The notes beneath the pieces were generated by a model. It searched no databases, had not been told where the DNA came from, and saw nothing but the letters and a program-made list of their open reading frames with translations. From Acidobacteriota bacterium (lineage in GTDB: Bacteria; Acidobacteriota; UBA6911; RPQK01; JAJDTT01): 64,000 nt of DNA. This document shows positions 28,416 to 37,597 of this stretch, in pieces. Position numbers and translations under genes: made by a program. Each line of letters starts with the position of its first letter. Within the stretch, counting starts at the first letter, position 1. The stretch spans positions 702,498-766,497 of the forward strand of contig CBDCLS010000005.1 of NCBI GenBank assembly GCA_965218775.1, given 5' to 3'.

Positions 28416-30812
28416 TTGTCAGGCTTACAGAAAACGGGAGTTTCCAAATTGATTCGCTGGACGAAAGCAACCTGCTTGATTCTGCTGCTCAGCAGCGTCC
28501 CTTTGCGGTCTGAGAGCCGACCTGCTCTTCCCAACACGACCCGGCTGGAAGGAAAGGACGATCTGTCGGCTCGTATGGTTGCAGGTATCGATCGCTTTCT
28601 CATGAGACGGCTGGAGCGCTCTGTTCAGGCCCGCCAACGCTTCTGGAATCGCGACTTCTCCTCCGCTGCTCCCTACCGGGAATCACTCGACCCGAATCTT
28701 CAGCGCTTCCGAAGAGTGATCGGTCTCGTGGATGAAAGGCTCCCCGCTCGGATGGAGTACTTTCGCGATTACGGCGGCTCACCCCAGCTGTCGCAGAACG
28801 ACCGTTATCAAATCTGGCAGGTCCGCTGGCCCGCTGTCGAAGGCGTCTTCGGCGAAGGCCTGCTGCTGCAGCCGACCAGCGAACCCAGGGGCTACGTGGT
28901 GGCGCTCCCGGATGCGGACTATACGCCCGAGCAACTCGTCGGCCTCAGTCCCGGAATTGATCCCAAATCGCAGTTTGCTCGCCGAATGGCCGAAAGCGGG
29001 TTTCTGGTCATCGTCCCAACCCTCATCGACCGATCGAGCCGCTTTTCCGGAAACCCCGACTTGAACACGGATTCCCTGAGAATGACCAACATGCCCCACC
29101 GCGAATGGCTCTATCGGATGTCGTACGAGATGGGGCGTCACTTAATTGGTTACGAGGTGCAGAAGGTCCTGGCAGCCGTGGACTGGTTGCAGCGGGAATT
29201 CGGTGACGGGGCCCGCGTGGGCGTGGCCGGCTATGCGGAAGGAGGCTTGATCGCACTGTATTCCGCGGCTCTGGACGCACGCATCGACTCCTGCCTCGTG
29301 AGTGGTTATTTCGGACCCCGGGAGCGCGTCTGGGAGGAACCCATCTACCGGAATATCTGGACCCTGCTGCACGAGTTCGGGGATGCGGAAATTGCCAGTA
29401 TGGTTCTTCCCCGTAGCCTGGTGATTGAGTACAGCTCCACCCCCAGCCTGGAGGGTCGACCTCCTGCCGAGAATTGGCAGAGAGATGTCGCTGCCCCGGG
29501 TCGCCTGTCGACACCGGAGGCAGCGGCGGTCAGGCGCGAGTTCGAGCGCCTGGAAAAATGGCAACAGCGATTGCCCGCTCCCCTGAATCGTTCCGCCCGA
29601 CTGGTGCCGGAATCCCCCCAGGCGAACCCAGTTGGACCTGGTTCAACCGCGGCTCTAGAAGCCTTTTTGCAGCCCTTGACTCCCGCCGAACACATCCAGG
29701 TCGATCCAACTCCAGGCTTCCTAGGGCAAGTGGGCACGGAGTTCGGCAGGGAGGATCGCCAGCGGCGCCAAGTCAAGGAGATCGAGAACCACGTCCAGCA
29801 AGTCCTGCGGACTTCCGGCGTCATACGTGAGAAGTTTTTCTTGGAGCAGGTTCCCTACGATTCCGCCGGTCAGTTCACCCAGGGGGCCAAGCCGCTACGG
29901 AAATACTTCTGGGAGGAAGTCCTGGGAAAGGTGGACGAGCCCTTCCTGGCCGCGAATCCGCGTACTCGCCTTCGCTATGACCGTCCGCAGTGGAGGGGAT
30001 ACGATGTGGTTCTGGACGTTTGGCCGGATGTTTTCGCCTGGGGTATTCTGCTGCTGCCGAAGGACCTGAAGCCTGGGGAGAGGCGACCTGTCGTCGTAGC
30101 CCAGCATGGACTGGAGACGTTGCCGCAGGATGTCATCACGGAGGAGGGACGCGGCTTCCGTTCCTACCAGGCCTTCGCAGCCAGACTTGCCGAACGTGGT
30201 TTCATCGTCTTTGCACCCCACAACCCCTACCGGGGAAAGGATCTATTCCGTGTCCTCCAGTTCAAAGCCAATCCCTTAAAGCTCTCACTCTTCTCCTTCA
30301 TCGTGGGGCAGCACCAGCAAATCATCAACTGGCTCAAGACCTTGCCCAACGTGGACCGGGATCGCATCGCCTTCTACGGCCTCAGCTACGGCGGAAAGAC
30401 AGCGATGCGCGTACCTGCTATCGTGGAAGATTACTGTCTGTCCATCTGCTCCGCTGACTTCAACGAGTGGATCTGGAAGAACGTAACCGTCGACTGGAGC
30501 AACAGTTATGCCTTCACCAAAGAGTACGAGATGCCTGATTTTGGGCTGGGTATCAGCTTCAACTACGCGGAAATGGCCTACCTGATCTTCCCTCGGCCCT
30601 TCATGGTAGAACGAGGACACCGGGACGGCGTAGGTCTCGACGAGTGGGTCGCCTATGAGTACGCCAAAATCCGCCGCCTCTATAATGAGTTGGGCCGAGG
30701 TGACAAGACCGAAATCGAGTTCTTCAAGGGAGGCCACCAGATCAACGGACAAGGGACGTTCGAGTTCCTGCACCACCACCTGAAGTGGCCCCGGCGGTCG
30801 AGTGAGCAGTGA
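28416..30812 (+). CDS. Secreted tandem alpha/beta-hydrolase (dienelactone hydrolase-like)
   Basis: Two hydrolase-like modules (VAGYAEGG; FYGLSYGG...GHRDGV...GGH); start codon uncertain. Confidence 0.7.
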   Translation: MSGLQKTGVSKLIRWTKATCLILLLSSVPLRSESRPALPNTTRLEGKDDLSARMVAGIDRFLMRRLERSVQARQRFWNRDFSSAAPYRESLDPNLQRFRRVIGLVDERLPARMEYFRDYGGSPQLSQNDRYQIWQVRWPAVEGVFGEGLLLQPTSEPRGYVVALPDADYTPEQLVGLSPGIDPKSQFARRMAESGFLVIVPTLIDRSSRFSGNPDLNTDSLRMTNMPHREWLYRMSYEMGRHLIGYEVQKVLAAVDWLQREFGDGARVGVAGYAEGGLIALYSAALDARIDSCLVSGYFGPRERVWEEPIYRNIWTLLHEFGDAEIASMVLPRSLVIEYSSTPSLEGRPPAENWQRDVAAPGRLSTPEAAAVRREFERLEKWQQRLPAPLNRSARLVPESPQANPVGPGSTAALEAFLQPLTPAEHIQVDPTPGFLGQVGTEFGREDRQRRQVKEIENHVQQVLRTSGVIREKFFLEQVPYDSAGQFTQGAKPLRKYFWEEVLGKVDEPFLAANPRTRLRYDRPQWRGYDVVLDVWPDVFAWGILLLPKDLKPGERRPVVVAQHGLETLPQDVITEEGRGFRSYQAFAARLAERGFIVFAPHNPYRGKDLFRVLQFKANPLKLSLFSFIVGQHQQIINWLKTLPNVDRDRIAFYGLSYGGKTAMRVPAIVEDYCLSICSADFNEWIWKNVTVDWSNSYAFTKEYEMPDFGLGISFNYAEMAYLIFPRPFMVERGHRDGVGLDEWVAYEYAKIRRLYNELGRGDKTEIEFFKGGHQINGQGTFEFLHHHLKWPRRSSEQ

Positions 30813-30921
30813 GCAGTTTTCAGTCTGCCAGAGCTGGAAAAGGCCAGCTTCAGGACGGAATCCGTTGGGATTGACATCGTTGTCGAACTGTGAAGATAGC
30901 CCGGAATCCGATCATCAGCCG

Positions 30922-32382
30922 ATGAAACTCAGACCTCCTTTCGCTCCTGGACTTCTGTTGTCGTGTGGGTTACTGCTGAGCCTGACCCTCACCGCAGATC
31001 TGAGTTTTACCGAAGGAAAGAAGCGGACACTGAAGGCGGGAGCCTACGCCGCCGACATCACACCCACCAGGTTTCCGGTCTCATCCAACGGCAGCATGCG
31101 CGACCGGTTCGCCCAGTCCGCCCATGATCCGCTGCAGGCGCGCGCCCTGGTGTTGGACAACGGAGTCTCCCAGATCGCCATCGTCGTCGCTGACAGCTGC
31201 ATGATTCCACGGGATATCTTCGACAACGCCAAGGAAAAAGCATCCCGTGCTACCGGGATTCCGGCAACAAACATGCTGATGTCGGCGACCCATACACATT
31301 CCGCCGTCACGGTAGCTGGCGTCTTCCAAAGCGAGCCGGACACCGCCTATGGCAAGTTTCTAGCGGATCGGATCGCCCACGCAGTTTTAGAAGCCGCCTC
31401 TCGTCGGGAAGCTGCCCGGGTGGGTTGGGCGGTAGGAAACAACGGGCACCAGGTCTTCAATCGCCGCTGGCTGATGCGACCCGGTTTCGACTATAGCGAT
31501 CCCTTTGACAGTGCCAGCGACAAGGTAAGAATGAATCCGCCCAGCGGCAGCAACAGGTTGCTGAAGCCGGCGGGACCTACCGACCCCGAAGTTCCGGTGT
31601 TGGCCGTCGAGGCCGTCGATGGCCGGCCACTCGCTTTGTTGGCGAACTACGCACTGCACTATGTGGGTGGTGTGCCGGCGAACATGCTCTCAGCAGACTA
31701 CTTCGGCGAGTTCGGTCGACGAATCCAGCGCCTAGTCAGAGCTCAGAATCTGGAGCCGGCATTCGTAGGCATCATGTCCAACGGGACCAGCGGTGATGTC
31801 AACAATGTGAACTTCTTCGAATCGGCAGTTCGCCGTGCTCCCTTTGAGCAAATCCGAATCGTGGCCTCGGATCTAGCGGCCTCGGCATTCCAGGCCTACC
31901 GGCGGATCGAATACGAGGACTGGGTACCCCTACTGGCCGACGAGACCCAGATCGAACTGGGAGTCCGGCTGCCAAGCAAGGATGACATCCGGCGCGCGCA
32001 AGAGATTCTAGAGACCGCTGGATCGGGACCCTATGCCGAAAGACGTCAGATCTACGCGCGCGAGACAATGCTGCTGGCGGAATATCCCGCGACGGTGCGG
32101 GTGAAGCTGCAGGCCATACGGATCGGTGGACTTGGAATCGTCAGCAGCCCCTGCGAGACCTTTGTAGAGACCGGACTGGCCATCAAGAAACAGAGCCCGC
32201 TGCAACCAACCTTTGTCATCGAGCTAGCCAACGGCTATAACGGTTACCTGCCGACCTCTCGGCAGCACCAACTCGGTGGATACGAAACCTGGCGCGCCCG
32301 ATCGAGCTACTTGACCATCGACTCCGAAGCCAAGGTCCGAGCTACGCTGCTTCGACTCCTGGCCAGGGTGGCAAAGGACTGA
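30922..32382 (+). CDS. Neutral/alkaline ceramidase N-terminal-domain family protein
   Basis: AGAYAADITP, HDPLQARALVL, SATHTHSA, NYALHY, ANGYNGYLP..HQLGGYET. Confidence 0.8.
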   Translation: MKLRPPFAPGLLLSCGLLLSLTLTADLSFTEGKKRTLKAGAYAADITPTRFPVSSNGSMRDRFAQSAHDPLQARALVLDNGVSQIAIVVADSCMIPRDIFDNAKEKASRATGIPATNMLMSATHTHSAVTVAGVFQSEPDTAYGKFLADRIAHAVLEAASRREAARVGWAVGNNGHQVFNRRWLMRPGFDYSDPFDSASDKVRMNPPSGSNRLLKPAGPTDPEVPVLAVEAVDGRPLALLANYALHYVGGVPANMLSADYFGEFGRRIQRLVRAQNLEPAFVGIMSNGTSGDVNNVNFFESAVRRAPFEQIRIVASDLAASAFQAYRRIEYEDWVPLLADETQIELGVRLPSKDDIRRAQEILETAGSGPYAERRQIYARETMLLAEYPATVRVKLQAIRIGGLGIVSSPCETFVETGLAIKKQSPLQPTFVIELANGYNGYLPTSRQHQLGGYETWRARSSYLTIDSEAKVRATLLRLLARVAKD

Positions 32383-32403
32383 CCGGATCGAACCAAAAAG
32401 GAG

Positions 32404-33912
32404 ATGCTCATGAGACGCTTATTTCTGTTCAGTGTGATGGGATTGTGGGGACTGGGGTTCTTGCCTTCGGTCAGGGCTGGAGACGTCATCGACATCGGAT
32501 CACGACGTGAGCTCTTCGTTGATCGACTTCTGATCTCCAGATTGGTCGGTGCAGATCTCGAGCTCAAGCAACCGGTTCCTGCAGGAATAGCCGTCCGCTT
32601 CGACGATCCCTGGGAGGGACCTTTGGCGTTCTATTCGACCGTCTTCAAGGACGGCGACAAGTACCGTCTGTATTACCGAGGGCTCTATGGAAAGGTCGGA
32701 ACGACCTGCTATGCCGAGAGTCTGGATGGTATTCATTGGACCAAACCCGAGCTGGGACTGGTTTCGATTGACGGGTCTACCAAGAACGGCGTGATTCTTC
32801 CCTCGTCTGGACAATTCTGTCCCTTTATCGATAGGCGACCCGGCGTTCCGGACTCGGAGCGCTACAAGGCCAACTCACGAGGTCCTGAGGATCCCCACGC
32901 CCTGATCGGCTACGTCTCCGCTGACGGCCTCCGCTGGCGACAGATCCAAGAGGAGCCGATCGTTCCGATGGCTCTGGTAAACAATTTCGATTCGCAGAAC
33001 GTCATGTTCTGGTCGGAGGTAGAGAAACAATACGTGCTCTATGCCCGACACATGGAGGGAGGACGCCGTGCCACAGCCCGGGCGACCTCTCCCGATTTTC
33101 GGAACTGGAGCCAGCAGACACTGATGACCTACAGCGACACGGGAACCACCACCCCTTCAGCCCAGTTCTATACCAACCAGACGCAGCCATACTTCCGGGC
33201 TCCTCACATTTACATCTCTCTTCCGGCCCGTATCCTCTTTGCCGATGAGGGCTCGATCAACCGAGAAGACGATATCGAGGCGGCACGGCGCCAGGCGCTC
33301 ACTGTGACGCCGGAGCTCCGCGAGTTTGTCATAGAGCATATGAAGCCGATGGGAACGCGGGGCACGGGAGACCGGTCCGACGCCGTCCTGATGACGAGCC
33401 GGGCTGGCACGACCCGCTTCGACTTTACGTTGAGGGAGAGTCTTATCCGTCCGGGAATCGGCATCAACAATTGGACCACCCGCACCAACTATCCAGTCTG
33501 CGGTGTCGTCCAGACTGGGCCGGAGGAGATGTCCCTCTACGTGCAGCGCGATTACGGGCAGAAAACCGCTCATCTCGAACGGATGACGCTTCGGTTGGAC
33601 GGATTTGCCTCCCTCAACGCTCCCTACCAGGGGGGAGAGATGCTGACTCATCCCTTGAAGTTCTCGGGAAGTCGGCTCGAGATTAACTACTCCACGAGTG
33701 CTGCAGGCGGTCTGCGGGTCGAGATTCAGGATGCCCAGGGTCAGCCTATCCCTGGTTTCTCACTCGCTGAATGTCCAGAGATCCTAGGCGACGAGATCCA
33801 GCGCATCGTTTCCTGGGAAGTCGGCTCCGATGTGAGCTCTCTGGCTGGCAAGACGGTTAGGCTTCGCTTCGTCATGAAGGACGCCGATCTCTACTCGATC
33901 CGGTTCCATTAG
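32404..33912 (+). CDS. Secreted beta-propeller glycoside hydrolase-like protein
   Basis: ELFVD, YAESLDGIHWTKP, SADGLRW, FDSQN, LRLDGFASL; paralog of 56396-57898. Confidence 0.65.
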   Translation: MLMRRLFLFSVMGLWGLGFLPSVRAGDVIDIGSRRELFVDRLLISRLVGADLELKQPVPAGIAVRFDDPWEGPLAFYSTVFKDGDKYRLYYRGLYGKVGTTCYAESLDGIHWTKPELGLVSIDGSTKNGVILPSSGQFCPFIDRRPGVPDSERYKANSRGPEDPHALIGYVSADGLRWRQIQEEPIVPMALVNNFDSQNVMFWSEVEKQYVLYARHMEGGRRATARATSPDFRNWSQQTLMTYSDTGTTTPSAQFYTNQTQPYFRAPHIYISLPARILFADEGSINREDDIEAARRQALTVTPELREFVIEHMKPMGTRGTGDRSDAVLMTSRAGTTRFDFTLRESLIRPGIGINNWTTRTNYPVCGVVQTGPEEMSLYVQRDYGQKTAHLERMTLRLDGFASLNAPYQGGEMLTHPLKFSGSRLEINYSTSAAGGLRVEIQDAQGQPIPGFSLAECPEILGDEIQRIVSWEVGSDVSSLAGKTVRLRFVMKDADLYSIRFH

Positions 33913-33942
33913 TGTCCCCATCGAGCAAAGGCGCTCTTCTAC

Positions 33943-34020
33943 GTAGCTTTGGCCTCCAGGCCGAAGTTCTTTCCGCCGAGCCTGGCGGCTCGAAATAGGG
34001 CGGCCTGAAGACTATCCCCA
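33943..34020 (+). repeat. REP doublet copy 2 (degenerate)
   Basis: gtagctttggcctccaggccgaagt...ccgagcctggcggctcg...gcggcctgaag. Confidence 0.7.
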
Positions 34021-35537
34021 CGGAGGAACCCTCGAAGGTGGACAACTTGATTTTCTCTCCCAATCATGTAGGCTTTAGCCCGGATTTCTCATAGTGAAAG
34101 CAGAAAGGCTGATTTTAGTCGATTTTTCGACTCTGGTTTGAGCCGAAGTCTCAGTTGAGGGCACTGTAGAGTGCGAGAGCTTGGTGACACCTATGTTGAA
34201 GGCGGAAAACCGGTTTTTCAGACACACCTCAGCCGCCTCAGTTGCAGATGGTTGGGATTTCCGGTTTGCCTCCGCTCAGCCGAGCTGTTGAAGCTGGGCC
34301 AAGGTTTGGGCGTAGAGTGTTTGGTAAGGATAACCCTCGCTCAGCGACAAGCTCACCCGTCGGACACTGACCCGAATCTGGCCTCCTATCTTCAACAGTT
34401 TGAGGCGAATCGTCTGGCATTGCGCCTTCGCCCACTGGGTCCCCTTCAAAGCGACACACCTGAGCGTGTGCAGCAGATTGTAAGCCACCGAGGAAAACCA
34501 CAGGCGCAGCTGATTGCTCTTCATGCGGTGCGTCGAGGTCCGATCGGCAAACAGCTCTAGCTGCTGCTCCTTAATCCGATTCTCCGCTTCCCCTCGCGCG
34601 CAGTACAGCTCCTCGTACAGCTTTTGGGCGGGCCACCGCTTCGCTCCCAGCGAGGTGACGACAAAGCGGGGATTGGATCCCTTACCCGTGTACTCGGCCT
34701 TGCCCACCACTCGCCGCTCTTGACTCCAGCTTTTGCGCGTCTGGTAACGAAAGTCCTTGTAGACTCGGGCGCTGCTGCCGTTGGCTTGTTGCAGTGCCTG
34801 GGCCTGTTCCAACTCGGACTCCAGGGCCCCCTCTAAGCGCTGATTGCGGGCCAGACCGAAGACGTAATCCACTCGATGCTCCTCACACCATTTCATCAAC
34901 GCCTCGCGGGCAAAGCTGCTGTCCGCCCGCAGAGTAATGCGGACCTTCGGCCACTTCGCCCGCAGTTGTCCCACCATCCGCTCCATCTCCTGGACCGCTC
35001 CTTCGGAGCCATCCAGGTTCGACACCCGCAGCTTGGCCCCCAGCACATACCCCTCGCAAAACACATACAGCGGCAGGTAGCAGTAACACCGGTAGTAGCC
35101 ATGGTAGAAACGACCCTCCTGTTCTCCGTGCAGCGGATCATCCGTCGCATCCAGGTCCAAGACCAACTCCTTCGGTTTCCCGCCTCGCACCCGAATGAAC
35201 TGCTCCACCAAAAACGCTTCGACCGCGGCTTCATCCACCGGCGTCTTGCGATATTTATCCTGCGTCACCGAGGACAACTCCAAACGATTGAGGGTGCTCT
35301 TGCCCGCACACGCCTTGCCTCGATCCGCTTCCGCTCGCCGATCCCTCCCCAAGGGATCTTCCTTGCCGACCAACACCGCCATCAGCGGATCTGCCCGGAG
35401 CTCCTCATGATCGTTGACATCCTCATAGCCTAGGGCCAGTCCGTAAATCCGCTGCCCCACCAGTTCCTCCACACTGAACTCGGTGAAGCGAGGATCGCGC
35501 CGGTCCCCAAAGCAGGCGGCCAAGCCGCTAATGAACC

Positions 35538-37302
35538 GAGGGTGTCGTAAAAGTTCACGTGGCGACCGGGAGTAAGTGGGGCGACACTTTGTCGTGCGGC
35601 TATGCCGAAAAACACAAGGAGAGGCGCTGCAGACGCTGGAAAAGGCCGATCGGCGCATGTAGGAGCCTCCAAAAAGCGCTAAATAGGACGGACGGGGTCA
35701 GGGCAATCAGCCGTCGGAGGTTGTGGGCGCTGGCATGAAGGGCAAACTCCAGACCGACATTCTTCAACCCTCTCCGCTTGAACCGATGTAATCCTTGGAT
35801 CCCTTTCAGTTCGCTGAAGACGGGCTCCACCATCTGTTTGCGCTGACGATAGGCCTCTTGAGCCCGGGGCTGGCGCATCACTTCCCGCTCCGCATCCTTG
35901 ATCTCCTCATCCTCATAGCGTTTGACCGTTCGACCTTTCCGACTGCTGGTGCACTGGCTCCTCAACCCGCAACTCTCACAGGGGGCTCCTCCGTAGCGCA
36001 CATACCGCTTGCCCCCATCGCTGCCCTTTTGGACCGGGTGCAGTTTCTGTCCCGCCGGACAGTGATAACGATCTTCCCACTCCTCGTAGCGAAAGGCCGC
36101 TTTAGCCAAGCACTTCGTCGACTTCTTCTCCCAACCCACTCGGGGGCTCGATCCCTCAGGACAAAGCACATCCTCCACCCCTTCTTCTAGGGCCGTCTCC
36201 AGCGCTTGCCCCGAGAAAAACCCCGCATCCATCAACAGTTGTTGGATCGCTCCACCCACCCGCTTGCCTTGCTGCAACAGCGCTTGCAGCACCCCCGTCT
36301 CCGAGGAGGGATCCACCGCCTGGGCCACTATAATGCGATCCTGGTTGGCCAAGACCACCCCCTTGTAGCTGGCGGCCTTCGCTTTGTTCTTCAGGGGCTG
36401 GATCACCGCCTCCGGTTCACTCGGACTCACGGCCGTATGCTCCGTGCTCTTGCGTTGCGCCTGCCGCGCCGCCACCCGCTCGCGTACCGCTTGCGCCACT
36501 TCCTCCGCTTGCTTGGCCTGACGCGCCAATTGCTCGTTCTTCGGATCCGCTTCTGCCCGACGACGCTTTTCCGCCGCGGCCGCTTCGGCCGCCTCCTTCT
36601 TCACCCGTCGGTAACGCGAGGCCGCCGCCTGTACCACCGTGCCGTCGGCCGCCAAACTCACGCCCTCCTTCTTCCCCTTGTCCTTGTCCTTCCCAGTCCT
36701 TTTCAACACTTCCTGGGTCAGCTCCACAAAGAACTCTTCCCTCAGCCTCTCCCCGTGTTCATTGATAAAGCGGCCGATGACCGAGTGATCCGGCGTGATC
36801 CCCCCCGTGAACCACCAGCAACGGGTATCCACCCGGGCCAGGGTTTCCAGCTGACGCAGCGATCCCTTGCCCTCCAGAATCCCGAACAGAATCAATCCCA
36901 CCAGCGCTGCCGGATGGTACGGCCGTCTCCCTCCCCCTCGGTACTTCGCTTCAAAGGCCTCCCACGACAAACTCCGGATCACCTCCCGAGCCACAAAGAC
37001 CCACGTCTGCGACATCTTCACCAGAAACTCTGCAAGACTCTCATCGCCGATCAAGATCCCCCGCGGGGAGGGATCTTCGAATTGTTTCGCCCCGGGCCGC
37101 TTCCTTTTCCGGCGCTTCCCCTGGCCTTCCTTCTCATTCATCCCTCGAAAGAGCCCCCATTGGCCGCTCGAATCGATCTTGACCACCGGTCGTTTAATTG
37201 CTTGCTCCATCCCCCCTATTTTCGCAGCCTACTCCGACTCTTCTTTGCTAGCCTGGGAGGATTCTTAGTACTGATTTGAAACGGGTCTTTTACGACACCC
37301 TC
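35538..37302 (-). mobile_element. IS1182-family element
   Basis: 16-bp IRs gagggtgtcgtaaaag / cttttacgacaccctc; GAACC duplication at 35533-35537 and 37303-37307 (alternatively a 17-bp IR with AAC). Confidence 0.88.
35600..37210 (-). CDS. IS1182-family transposase
   Basis: GRRPYHPAAL, PDHSVIGRF, AADGT, LMDAGF, YHCPAGQKL, CESCGLRSQC, RKQMVEPVF..LK. Confidence 0.88.
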   Translation of the reverse strand: MEQAIKRPVVKIDSSGQWGLFRGMNEKEGQGKRRKRKRPGAKQFEDPSPRGILIGDESLAEFLVKMSQTWVFVAREVIRSLSWEAFEAKYRGGGRRPYHPAALVGLILFGILEGKGSLRQLETLARVDTRCWWFTGGITPDHSVIGRFINEHGERLREEFFVELTQEVLKRTGKDKDKGKKEGVSLAADGTVVQAAASRYRRVKKEAAEAAAAEKRRRAEADPKNEQLARQAKQAEEVAQAVRERVAARQAQRKSTEHTAVSPSEPEAVIQPLKNKAKAASYKGVVLANQDRIIVAQAVDPSSETGVLQALLQQGKRVGGAIQQLLMDAGFFSGQALETALEEGVEDVLCPEGSSPRVGWEKKSTKCLAKAAFRYEEWEDRYHCPAGQKLHPVQKGSDGGKRYVRYGGAPCESCGLRSQCTSSRKGRTVKRYEDEEIKDAEREVMRQPRAQEAYRQRKQMVEPVFSELKGIQGLHRFKRRGLKNVGLEFALHASAHNLRRLIALTPSVLFSAFWRLLHAPIGLFQRLQRLSLCFSA

Positions 37303-37597
37303 GAACCCATAGCGGCTCTCCACCTCCCGTAACAGCAACCCCCCGGAGTCTGAGGTGATCTGCCCCCCATTGAATTCTGCCTCGACTCGGCGCCCTTCTA
37401 GCTCTTGAAACTCCAGCTTGGAAGCGATACACTCTGTGGTCATAGTAGTCAGCTCCTTGTGATTATTAAGTATCTGATAACAAAGACTTTATATCACATA
37501 GAGCTGACTGCTTTTTCTTGTCTTTGAGAAATCCGGGTTAGCATCTTACTGGGCTTGGTCGTTAACGCAGTTGCCAACTAATTGGAGGCAGATCCTG

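Larger units (their letters stand above)
34276..37443 (-). pseudogene. IS1380 transposase split into 37443-37303 and 35532-34276
   Basis: Rejoins in frame as LLREVESRYGF|ISGLAACFGDRRDP; LDLDATDDPLHG, LRADS, RGEAENRIKE motifs. Confidence 0.93.
34079..37537 (-). mobile_element. IS1380-family element interrupted by an IS1182-type element
   Basis: 13-bp perfect IRs cccggatttctca / tgagaaatccggg; TTAG duplication at 34075-34078 and 37538-37541. Confidence 0.92.
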
